64,000 bases of DNA, taken from assembly GCA_965242865.1 (NCBI GenBank), contig CBDETK010000008.1:64001-128000 (forward strand), written 5' to 3'. Position 1 is the stretch's first letter, and each line of letters begins with the position of its first letter. The stretch comes from Candidatus Latescibacterota bacterium (GTDB lineage: Bacteria > Latescibacterota > UBA2968 > UBA8231). Below, one piece after another: positions 52,948-63,311 of this stretch. The notes beneath the pieces are model-generated. The model did not search any database and was not told the origin of the DNA. It saw only the letters and a program-made list of their open reading frames with translations. The position numbers and the translations under genes were made by a program.

Positions 52948-55900
52948 GCGCTGCCCGTCTCCGAAGGTTACCTGCACGTCCTGTCGGCAAGAAGTCAATG
53001 GCAAGACACTCGAGACGGCTCGACCGACACACGATCCGCCGGGCCGCAATCCTGTTGGTTTGCGCACTTCTCGGCTTGCTCGCTGTCGCTGAGGAGTCGC
53101 CGGATCCATCCTTCCACCTGCCCGGCGAATGGGGCGGTCCCGCTGGAGGCGATTTGGCCCGCATGGTGGATCCGTCCAACGACTCGTACGCCACCGAAGT
53201 CTACGCCGAAGAAATCGCTGCGGAACTGCATGCTCTCGCTGATCAGCTGCTCGTAGATCCGACCGACGGCGAGGCCGTCCGTAGTTTGCTGGATCCGGTC
53301 TTTCGGGGCGCTCCGCTTGAAGGGCCTGACGAATCGAAGCGACAGGGAGGACTCGCAGTGTTCGAAAGCTCCCCGACCAAGGAGACGATTCTGAACGCGG
53401 ATCAGTTCGCGGCCGCTTTCTCCGGGTTAGTTGGCCGCCACGGCCAACTCGAGAGTGCCGAGTTCCACGTCACCGGTCTGGCGGAGCGTACCGCGCGAGG
53501 GGAAACCGAAGTTGAATCGGTCGTCCATTACGCGTTGTTCGGTCCGACCGGCGATGGCAATGGATCCGTCCAGCAGACGGGCGAGTGGATCTTGACTTGG
53601 ACTCGTCGCGCATCGGGTTGGAGCGTGCGGACATGGCAGACGAGCAAGCACAGCCGCGTCGAGGCTGTCCGTCCGCTCTTCACCGACGTGACCGAGCAGT
53701 CTCTGGGATCCAACGAATCCTACTGGAAGCAGCTGACCTTGGGCGTCGATCATTGGCGGGCCGCCCTTGATGGCGCGATCGGCATCGATGTCTACGGACA
53801 CCACGGCGTCAGCCTCGGGGACATTGATGGCGATGGAGATGACGACCTCTACGTAAGCCAGCCGTCCGGCCTCCCGAATCGGCTCTATCGCAACAATGGC
53901 GGATTGGTCTTCACCGACATCACCCGAGCATCGAGCGCGGGGGTGCTGGACAGCACTTCCATGGCCCTGTTCGCCGACATTGACAATGACGGCGATCAGG
54001 ATCTGACGCTGATCACCGCGCGAGCCCCGATCCTCCTACGCAACGACGGCACGGGTTCGTTACAGCACGATCGGGACGCGTTCAGCTTCTCGGTCTCGCC
54101 GCGTGGTCAGCTCACGTCGGCCGCAATGGCCGACTACGACCGCGACGGCGATCTCGACTTGTACGTCTGCTCCTATCGATTCCACGCCGGGGCCGGGGAT
54201 CACCGTCCGCCCCAGCCGTATCACGACGCCAACAACGGGCCCCCGAACTTCTTCCTCCGCAACCGAGGGGACGGCACATTCGAGGAGGTCACCGCGGCGA
54301 GCGGCCTCAATGCGAACAACACGCGCTTCAGCTTCGCCGCCGCTTGGGCCGACTACGACGCTGACGGCTGGCCCGACCTTTACGTCGCGAACGACTTCGG
54401 TCGCAACAACCTCTACCGCAATCGCGGCGATGGCACGTTCTCCGATGTTGCGGAACTCGCAGGCGTGGAAGATGTCGCCGCGGGCATGAGCGTCGCGTGG
54501 CTGGACCACGATTTGGACGGCAACCGAGACCTGTATGTCGGAAACATGTGGTCGTCAGCAGGCCTCCGCATCAGCGACAAGGCAGAATTCCGGGCGGGTT
54601 CCGCCACGGAAGCACTGGCCCTCTACCGGCGTCACGCGAAAGGGAACTCTCTGTTCCGGGGCCTTGGCGAGGGACGCTTCGACGAGATTTCCTCGACGGC
54701 TGGGGTGGAGCGCGGGCGCTGGGCTTGGAGCAGCGACGCTGTCGATCTCGACAATGACGGCTACGAGGAACTCTATGTCGCCAACGGGTACGTCACGAAC
54801 GCCAGCGACCGAGATCTTTGAAGTTTCTTCTGGCGGCAAGTTGTGTCGCGCTCGCCCGCCGACGAGCGGTCGGCATCGGACTACGAATCCGCGTGGAGAT
54901 CGATTACCGCACTCATCGAAGCCGGGGAATCGTGGAGCGGGAACGAGCGGAACCTCTGCTACCTCAACAACCGTGACGGCACGTTTGCGGAAATCTCGGC
55001 GGTGGCCGGTCTCGACTTTCCTGACGATGGGCGTGCGTTCGCTGCAGGGGATCTGGACGGTGACGGCGATCTCGATTTGGTGCTGAAGTCGCGCAACGCA
55101 CCCGGCATCCGCATCGTGCGCAACGACTGGTCCGCGGGCAATTCGATTCGCATCAGGGTGCGCGGCGGACCGGAGCGGCGTTCCGCGGCAGGTGCGGTCG
55201 CTACGGTTCAAACCGACGGTCGCCGTATGGAGAAAACTCCGCGCATCGGTTCGGGGTTCCTGTCGCAGCACTCTCAGGAACTGCACTTCGGACTCGGATC
55301 GGCGGATGACGTCGAAGAACTGCGTGTGAGTTGGCCTTCCGGGACAGAGCGAGTCTGGAGGAACTTGGCTGCGAATCGACGCTACTCGGTAGCCGAGGAT
55401 TCGGATCGCATCGCTTCGATGGCATTCGAGACGACACCGCGAGATACCGGATCGAATGACGCGAACCGGCCGCTGCCGCCCGAACTGGCCTCGGGAACCT
55501 GGCTCGTCGAACCCCTCGCGGCACCGGATTGGGAACTCAAGGATCTCGATGGCCTCGCACGTAGCCTCTCGGATTTCCGGGGCGCTCCGCTCGCCGTGAA
55601 TGTCTGGGCCACTTGGTGCCCGCCCTGCCGCGGCGAATTGCGGGACTTCCAGCGCAACTTGGGGGAGTTCGAGCAGGCTGGAGTGCAATTGGTCGCGGTC
55701 TCGGTTGACGAACCGGGCACTGCCACTGAGGTGGCCGCATTCGCCCGGGAGGAGCGATTGGGATTCCCAGTGCTGCTTGCGGATCGCGATTTCGTCACTG
55801 CCTACAACGTCCTGAAGCGCAACATGTTCAACCTCCGGTCCGATTTGCAGATTCCCACTACCTTCCTGCTGAACCGGGAAGGATTCATCGAACGCATCTA

Positions 55901-56771
55901 TCAGGGCCGCATCGAACCGGAGCGCCTCTTACGCGACATGGAATTCCTGGATGAGCCTGCGGCAACCCGACTTGCCCGAGCCCTTCCGTTCGAAGGGCGC
56001 TTTCTCGGACCCGCGCCGATTCGAAACTACACCGCATTGGGGACGGAGCTGCTAGAAGGCGGTTTGTCTGGAGCAGCCCTGCCGTACTTCGAGGCCGCGG
56101 CCGAAAGAGTTCCGAACGACGCCATCCTTCAATTCAACCTCGGCACGGCTCTGGCCGCGCGGGGTTCGCTGGCTGCGGCGCAGTTCGCTTTCGACCGGGC
56201 CGTGCGATTGAATCCTGCCTACAGCGAGGCACGCAACAGCCTTGGAGTCGTTCTGGATCGCCTCGGGAACCAGGAAGCGGCCATCGATCAGTTTCGAGCA
56301 GCGGTCGAGGCCAGTCCATCGTACGAGAAGGCGATCGGCAACCTATCGACCGCCTATGCACGCTCCGGAAAATTGGATCTCGCCATCGCAATGCTGGAAG
56401 CGGCCATAGCCAGTGATCCGAGTGCGGTCAGATTGCTCAACCGCCTCGGTCGGCTACACGCCCGAAAAGGAGCTCTCGACGCCGCCCGGAACCGGTTCGA
56501 CCAAGCGTTGAAGACGGCACCGACGGATCCCGACACGCTCAATAATCTCGCGCTCCTCGCAGCCCAACGTGGGGAATTCGGCGAAGCGATGGCTCGGCTC
56601 CACGACCTCGTCGGTGCGCGACCCGACTTCGAACCCGCCTACCTCTCGCTCGCGCAGGTGCAGGCCGCGACGAACGATCCAGAGGGGGCCCGAGCGACGC
56701 TGGAAGCGCTTCTCGCGCGGCATCCGGGAAACGTGGAAGGGCGGAAGATGTTGGACGGGCTGGAGAACTAG
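52944..56771 (+). CDS. FG-GAP / ASPIC-UnbV / TlpA-like redoxin / TPR protein with in-frame UGA at 54819-54821 (putative selenoprotein; otherwise two ORFs, 52944-54821 and 54843-56771)
   Basis: Both ORFs share one frame: ...SDRDL-UGA-SFFWRQVVSRSP...; the propeller continues across the stop; WATWCPPC; C-terminal TPRs; ATGA overlap with the upstream gene. Confidence 0.7.
54831..54861 (+). promoter_or_regulatory. Candidate bacterial SECIS element
   Basis: Hand-folded: UGGCGG/CCGCCG lower stem after a 9-nt spacer from UGA, weak upper stem, apical UGU with G at +24. Confidence 0.45.
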
Positions 56772-56853
56772 TCCGAGGGCGAGCAGCGGGTGATCCTTCC
56801 ATTCCGATAGCTGTCTAGGTCAGAATGGAAACCGGGCGAAACGCCTCCCGACA

Positions 56854-58146
56854 GTGCGCGTCAAGCAGCCGCTCAAATTTTCCTCCGGCGATCCGACGGG
56901 AGTTGGCTCGAGATCGCGATTCGTCAAGCTCGTTGCCGCGTCAGTGCAGAGGCTTTGCGCTGGATGCACGGCACTTGTCGCGTGCTGGGCCTTATCCGGA
57001 GACCTCCTTGGTCAATCGGGAGCGAGCAGCCAGCTCGAATCCATCTATCGCGAAGCGGAGACCGCCTTTCGCGAGCAGCGACTGGACGTCGCAGCGGACG
57101 GTTATCGCGAGCTGGCCGAACTCAGTCCGGAAACCGCGGAAGTCCACGCGAAGCTCGGCTTGATCGAATACCTCCGCGGCCGATTCGGCGAGGCGGTACC
57201 CGCCCTCCGCGCGGCCCTGCAGCTGAAACCCGGCTTGCCGAACGTGAACACGCTGCTGTCGATCTCGCTCGCGGAACTCGGGCAGTTCGCCGAGGCCTTG
57301 CCCGGATTGGAGAAGGGCTTTGAAGATCCGGCAGACAGTGACTTGCACCGATTGATCGGACTGGAGTTGCAGCGCAGCTACTCCGCCCTCGGTCGCCAGC
57401 ACGAAGCCAGCCGCACCATGGGAAAGCTGAGCGAACTGTATCCGGACGACCCTGAAATCCTTTACCACACCGGTCGCTTCTTCGCGGATCTGGCGGCGTC
57501 TTCGATGCGGCGCCTGCTAGATGTCGCACCGGATTCCGTCTGGGGTCATCAAGCGGCCGCCGAGGCTTTGGACAGCCAAGGCAATTACGACTTGGCGGTG
57601 GTCGAGTATCGCAAGGTACTTGCGGAGCAACCGGGTCGGCCGGGAGTGCATTACAGCATCGCGCGGGCGATCCAGCGGAGCGGCGGCAAGGCTGGATCCG
57701 AGGCCGATGCGATCGCCGAGTTCCGCGACGAGCTGCGGATCGACCCGTCCAACGCGCTGGCCGCGTACGAACTCGGAGAAATTTACCGCAAGAGCGGACG
57801 ATTGGACGACGCCCTTGATCTGTTTCGGCAGGCTGTTCGCCACCGGCCTGACTTCGGTCTCGGCCGGATCGGTCTCGGTCGGGTGCTGCGGGAACTTGAA
57901 GACCTGAGCGAGGCGCGGACACACTTGGAAGCCGCGACGCGCTTGGCACCGGACAACGAAGTCGCGCGCTATCAGCTAGCGTCGGTCTACCGCGGGCTTG
58001 GCGACCTCGACAGCGCACGGCGCGAGATGGAGGCCTTTCAACGGCTGCAGGCTCGCCAACCGGGTGACTCGGAGGCAGGTCGGCTACCGTTCCAACGCGA
58101 GGATTCCACGCTCCAGCGCCTTGACCCAACCGAGCAGGGCCAGTAG
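56854..58146 (+). CDS. Secreted TPR protein, apparent paralogue of 51754-52947 (start uncertain)
   Basis: TPR repeats; shared motifs (PDDPEILY versus PGNPDVLY; EVARYQLA versus EVARYRLA). Confidence 0.85.
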   Translation: MRVKQPLKFSSGDPTGVGSRSRFVKLVAASVQRLCAGCTALVACWALSGDLLGQSGASSQLESIYREAETAFREQRLDVAADGYRELAELSPETAEVHAKLGLIEYLRGRFGEAVPALRAALQLKPGLPNVNTLLSISLAELGQFAEALPGLEKGFEDPADSDLHRLIGLELQRSYSALGRQHEASRTMGKLSELYPDDPEILYHTGRFFADLAASSMRRLLDVAPDSVWGHQAAAEALDSQGNYDLAVVEYRKVLAEQPGRPGVHYSIARAIQRSGGKAGSEADAIAEFRDELRIDPSNALAAYELGEIYRKSGRLDDALDLFRQAVRHRPDFGLGRIGLGRVLRELEDLSEARTHLEAATRLAPDNEVARYQLASVYRGLGDLDSARREMEAFQRLQARQPGDSEAGRLPFQREDSTLQRLDPTEQGQ

Positions 58147-58365
58147 CGGGATAGACCGCCGCCTGAAGCTGGAGTTGGCCGCAGGCGCCCCGAGGCAAGT
58201 CCCCAGGCATTCTTGGTCACCGTGTTGGCTCCTGTATGCGGGCACTTGCCGTTGCGCGACCAATTCGTTTCGGCCACCCCAAACGCCCGACTCCGACCCG
58301 ACCGCCGCGATGTCCACAAGCTGATCGTCTCGGCTGGAAGGGCTGCTCGATACGGTGGCAGGGCG

Positions 58366-58788
58366 TCAATGGGCCGTGCCGCTGCAGCTGACCATCCAGT
58401 GAATACCGAACCGGTCCCGGCACATCCCGAAGTAGTCGCCCCAGAACGCATCTTGCTGGGGCATCATGACCTCGCCGCCTACGCGGAGCTTGGCGAAGAT
58501 TTCGTCGCACTGTTCTCGGCTGTCTCCGTTGAACGAGACAGCGAAGCCTGATTTGGATTCGGCCGCTGCGGCAGTACCACTCGGCTGGTCACTGCCCATC
58601 AGGAGCGTCGAGCCCACGGGCAGCGCGATGTGCAGCACGCGCTCCATGTCGGCTTCCGCGACCTCCATGTGCTCGGAGCCCATCGAGAACGGCACGTTGG
58701 AGGAAAACTCGCCCCCGAAGACGCCCTTGTAGAAGTCAAACGCCTCTTGGCAGTTTCCATCGAAGAATAGGTAGGTTGACAGAGACAT
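58366..58788 (-). CDS. VOC family / PhnB-like protein
   Basis: YLFFDGNCQEAFDFY, LMGSD and FWGDYFGMCRDRFGIHW motifs; AAGGAGG RBS. Confidence 0.92.
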   Translation of the reverse strand: MSLSTYLFFDGNCQEAFDFYKGVFGGEFSSNVPFSMGSEHMEVAEADMERVLHIALPVGSTLLMGSDQPSGTAAAAESKSGFAVSFNGDSREQCDEIFAKLRVGGEVMMPQQDAFWGDYFGMCRDRFGIHWMVSCSGTAH

Positions 58789-59162
58789 CGACTCCTCCTT
58801 GATGCGGCCCCAAGCGCGCGGCCGAACTTGCAGTATAGCCGTCTCGCGCGGGTTGACAGGCGAAGCAGCGGTCCGCGCCGTCAGCAACGTTACAGCTCTT
58901 ACCCCAGAACGCCGAGTCGGCTGGTGCTCCCGCAGTTGCCCGCCTCGAATAATCCACCGCCAACGCGGTGACGCTCCCTCAAGGCCGACCAGCTTGGTCT
59001 CGCATCTGGGTAACCCGTTCCGACCACCGCTAGCGTCAATTTCAGCGGGCGGGCAACAAGGACCGTAATCGCTGACACTGGCGGCCATTGAAGCGCATGT
59101 GGGGGTAGCTCGCCCTTCGACCGGAACTTGGTAGGTGGAAACTCGTAAGATAAGAGTTAGGC

Positions 59163-59903
59163 GTGGCGCGACAGACCGACATCAAGGCTGACCTTACGCT
59201 TGAACTGAGTGGTTCCGGAATCACGCTGTCCGCGTTCCGTAGAGGAGTCAACGCCTTCGTTGGCCTGCTAGAGGTGCTGACGGGTTCCGTGTGTGTCGCA
59301 GTTCCGTCCGTGGATTGGCAGATACAGGTCAGGGCCGGGAGCAATCTGATCGGCGCGTCGGCAGCGAAGAACTCGGATCAGTCCAAGGTTCGTAGTGTCC
59401 TTGAGCTGGCAGGAGGCTGTTTCCGTCCGTCTAGCACGGGACGTGCCGGTGAGGTGACGTTTCCCGAAGGCGCGAAGAAACACGTGCGCGAACTGGCCAA
59501 GCTGTCTATCGAGACTGACGCAAGTGTCGGATTCTGGGTTGGCCAGGAACGTCACGAAGTCGAGCCGCGACTGGCGAAGTCGATGCAATCGGCGCCGGCT
59601 CGTGCAACGACGCTCCCCGGTGCGGTCGAGGGCCACATTTCAGCGTTGTATAACCGCGACAGCATCTATTTCGAGCTTCGCGAGTCCGTTGGAGAGCACT
59701 CAATCAAGTGCGTCGTCAAGGACGACCTGATCGAGATCTGCAAGGATCTCTGGCGCAAGCGAGTCACGGTCCATGGAATCGTACAATACGACCGAGACGG
59801 GCTTCCTTCCAAGGTAGATGTCCGAGATATCGTACCTTTTCCCCCAGACACAGAACTTCCATCCTATTTGGATGTTCGCGGTATATTGAGGAAGTATGAA
59901 TGA
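59163..59903 (+). CDS. Hypothetical protein with probable C-terminal OB-fold
   Basis: 246-aa ORF; GAVEGHI...IKC...KRVTVHGIVQY pattern. Confidence 0.65.
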   Translation: MARQTDIKADLTLELSGSGITLSAFRRGVNAFVGLLEVLTGSVCVAVPSVDWQIQVRAGSNLIGASAAKNSDQSKVRSVLELAGGCFRPSSTGRAGEVTFPEGAKKHVRELAKLSIETDASVGFWVGQERHEVEPRLAKSMQSAPARATTLPGAVEGHISALYNRDSIYFELRESVGEHSIKCVVKDDLIEICKDLWRKRVTVHGIVQYDRDGLPSKVDVRDIVPFPPDTELPSYLDVRGILRKYE

Positions 59904-60192
59904 CGTCTAGCGTCTAATACTGTGCTAGTAGAATATAGTCGGATAAACTCACGCGAATGATGCTGTGTACGCGTTCAGCACTCGGGATTCGGAGGTGTCC
60001 AGCCGAACATTCCTGTCTTCAAAGCCATGAACTTGAGACGTCATGACTCGCTAAGTCGAGTAGCTTAGGCAGACTGATATACATCTATCACTTATGAAAT
60101 TTTCTCAAGTCTTATATCTTGCCTGCAAGAGTTGCTAGACTCGATACTATTCGCCAAACTCTCGGACGAGCAAGCTCGTGAGAATCACAGCT

Positions 60193-61941
60193 CTATTCTT
60201 CATTAGATTCCTGCTCACGTGTAGAATCGGTTCTGAGAGAATCACCAATGATTTCTCTAACTCGATTAAGGATAAGATCGGCTCTTTGCTCGCAAAACTC
60301 ATGAAACTTTCCGAGCGAAAACAGTTCTGCCCATTCAGCATCACATGGATTTCCAGGTATCATACAATCCCTAGTCCTCGCCGACAAACCACCGAGGGTA
60401 GATTGTTGTCTAGCTCGATCTGCCAATCGACGAAGATAATTCGCGGGATAGTCTTCGCCAAGGCGCTGGTTTGTAGTGCCTAGGATTGGCACACGATTGC
60501 AAATGCTGTCCAACTTCTGTCGAGGTAGCCCATCATTCTTGGACGCGTTCTTTGGGAAAATATGGTGATCATGAAGGACGGATTCTGAATCAATGTTTTT
60601 TCCGGTGATGAGATCTTGACGGATAGTCGTTGCGAAGACATTCAAGAGTGCTCTATACCTCACATCTGATGGCCTAAGTCTAAGCAAATCATCGCGATTT
60701 AACCGAACCTCCGAAACATCCAAGGGTTCATTGTTTTCGGCATATCTTCGTAACGCACTAAAATGTTGGCCAATCCTGTAATTTGATGCCTGTGAAGCAC
60801 CTGCCTGCATAACCTTGCTGAAGTACCAACGTCTCACGAAGTCGTTATCGTCCCACAGATCTTCGGTTACATCATCTAATATTAGGCTCCGAATCGCAGC
60901 TAGTGCGACTAGAATATTGTGGTTCGGAAGCGTCTTAGGTCGGGCGCCAAATGCCTGTACCCACTTGTACGTTGCTGCTAGGGCCTGAGTCGATTTTTCC
61001 CACTCTCGATCTATTTCCTCGGGTGCTAGAGTCAACAGATTTCCACGCGTTGGATCCGTGTATCTCATTGATCGTGCTGCAGTTACAAGAAACAACACTT
61101 GGAGCACACTCTCTCCATCAACCTCAAAATGCTTGAGAATTTCATGCTCGCTCAGTGCTTCTTCCCACCAAGCACGTAGATCGGGTTTCGGGAAGAATCG
61201 CGCTACCGCAAGGTCGAAAGTAGTTAATCGAGTTCCCGTACTATTGATGGTCTCAAAAACACGGCATATCGATTCAATACCGCTCTTTCGTTCGAGAGTC
61301 ACAACGGGTACATGGTAGTTCCGAATGGTCTCAAATACGCCCTTGATGTACGCGGCGGATTCACGCCGTTTCTGTCTGCTATACTGTGGATCCGAAAAAT
61401 CACCGGAATCTTCAATATATGCAGTGACAAACACATCTGTTCTCTTTTGGTCGAGGATTATATCGGCACGTAACAACCTACCCTTGTCAAGGGTCTGTTC
61501 CGGCGTCGTCTTTCTATATCGCGTCTTGATCCAAGAAGTCTCTTCTCTGGCGTGAGCTTCAAGCAGATTCTTCAGGTCAAAATAATAGACTCTTCTAGGG
61601 TGTGCATTCAAGAATACACGTGCAATTGAAGTTGTTCTCTGCTGCCCATCAAGGATATAGGACTCGCCATCAACCTGCCCACCAGCGTCACCAAGCACGA
61701 CGTCTTCTGGCGGAAATCCTGCCTTAATTTCGGCCTCGATACTGCGAGATCGTAGCGGCAGAGTTGGCTCGCGATCAAGCAACAGCAATGACCCGATCGG
61801 ATAGTCTCGTGAGATCGAATCGATCAGCAGCGCAACTTGAGAATTGCTCCAGATGAACTTTCTCTGGAACTGTGGGATCGTCAAGGTCCCATCTTTCGCC
61901 CTTCTGAGCAAATCACCCAGTTTGTAGTTTGTTGTTTGCAT
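60193..61941 (-). CDS. GmrSD-like protein (DUF262 + HNH/DUF1524-like), low GC
   Basis: IPQFQRKFIW, LDGQQR and FETINSTG motifs; C-terminal HHIFP...N...N. Confidence 0.88.
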   Translation of the reverse strand: MQTTNYKLGDLLRRAKDGTLTIPQFQRKFIWSNSQVALLIDSISRDYPIGSLLLLDREPTLPLRSRSIEAEIKAGFPPEDVVLGDAGGQVDGESYILDGQQRTTSIARVFLNAHPRRVYYFDLKNLLEAHAREETSWIKTRYRKTTPEQTLDKGRLLRADIILDQKRTDVFVTAYIEDSGDFSDPQYSRQKRRESAAYIKGVFETIRNYHVPVVTLERKSGIESICRVFETINSTGTRLTTFDLAVARFFPKPDLRAWWEEALSEHEILKHFEVDGESVLQVLFLVTAARSMRYTDPTRGNLLTLAPEEIDREWEKSTQALAATYKWVQAFGARPKTLPNHNILVALAAIRSLILDDVTEDLWDDNDFVRRWYFSKVMQAGASQASNYRIGQHFSALRRYAENNEPLDVSEVRLNRDDLLRLRPSDVRYRALLNVFATTIRQDLITGKNIDSESVLHDHHIFPKNASKNDGLPRQKLDSICNRVPILGTTNQRLGEDYPANYLRRLADRARQQSTLGGLSARTRDCMIPGNPCDAEWAELFSLGKFHEFCEQRADLILNRVREIIGDSLRTDSTREQESNEE

Positions 61942-63311
61942 TTTTCCTGTGTGATCCAAACTGATGATTCTGTGTTAGTCGATGACAACTTGCGCGAGCT
62001 GAAGAATGATCCCGGGCTAGCTTGCTCGAAGCACGGTCGGTCCGCTTGGCGAGTGGGAGCGAACGGTTCGTACGGCTCTGCTCCAGGACTGCCTCACCCC
62101 GGTCTTCTCTGCAATCCTACAGGCGGCCCAGAGACCACTTGCCGACCCACTCGCCGCATGCGATCGCGTGGGGCTCACAGGTGTCAGCGGAGCATCGCGG
62201 ACAACGAACCGGTCGGGCACAGTGCGATCCACTCTGAACCCAGTATAACAGGTAAGTCGACCTAGCTGCTAGTCACAGGATAGTATCCGTCAGTCAATGG
62301 TATCGCCTAGCTCGGATCCACTTCCAGTTTGCTTGGAATCTCCCCGCCGCGAGGAGATCTGCGACATGGCATCCACTCCAGCGAACGCAGCCGAAGGCCT
62401 CGGACATGCTTCTCGGCAGGGGCACCGTGGCGGTACGCGAATCGCAGAGGCCCCCTTGGTTGAGCATACCGCGCTGAACCGCCCCTGAACCGTTCCCGGG
62501 GAGAAATGAGCGTACGGGTTGGATGTTGGGCTTGATCTTGACGATTGCTTGAATGGTCTGCGGCATCAGGCAGGCCAGGCGACATGACGCCGACGGTCGA
62601 TCGCGGCGGTCGCTTCGCGAAGAGACTAGGTGAAATAAGGCCTTTGGAGTGACCTGGACACTCTCCGGAGAGTCGTAGCCGGCCAGCGACCGTGATAGTG
62701 ATTTCGGCCGCACAGCGGACGGACCCTAATCCAGCGAGGAGCGCAGTGGCGGACTCCCGCGCTAGTTGCGCGAGCCTTTGTCGAAGGGGCTGTTTCGTGG
62801 CGGACAGCTAGCTGGGATCACGATTTGCGTTGGCAAGACGTAGCGTTCGGCGGGAGCGCACTCGCGCACGGTCCGGATCTTGGTGCTTCCAACCCGCGCA
62901 AGCAGTCCGATCTGCTCCAACGAAACGATCCGATCGAGACTGATCAAGAGTTCCGACAGTTTCTTGCTCTCGGGCTCAAGAGCTGGAAATCCCAAACATT
63001 CTTAACTGGCCAGAGGTCATGTTGTCTGAAGCAGGGTACGCGCCGAGCGAAGGTCGACGAGCTTCGGAGACTGGCTGAATGCCGCGTGACCGGAGTGATT
63101 GAATCCTCGCTCCGCGTGCTCTCGATCTCGACCTCGCCGCCAGACTCGCCTGCCCCTATCGTAGATATTGGGATATGGGCGATACGACGCGTCCGCAGTT
63201 CGCGACTGTCGGCAGCACGGGGTTGCTCGAGAAGGGACCTCAGTGCTGTCGCGGTATGCATGCAGCACGGGTCGTTCGCCGATTCGACGAAAGGACGGAA
63301 AGGGGACAACG

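Noticed and set aside
62294-63300. Possible recombinase-associated remnant (RLACLMPQTIQAI) and short ORFs upstream of the TolC-like gene
   Set aside because: Resemblance limited to about a dozen residues; not supportable without a search.
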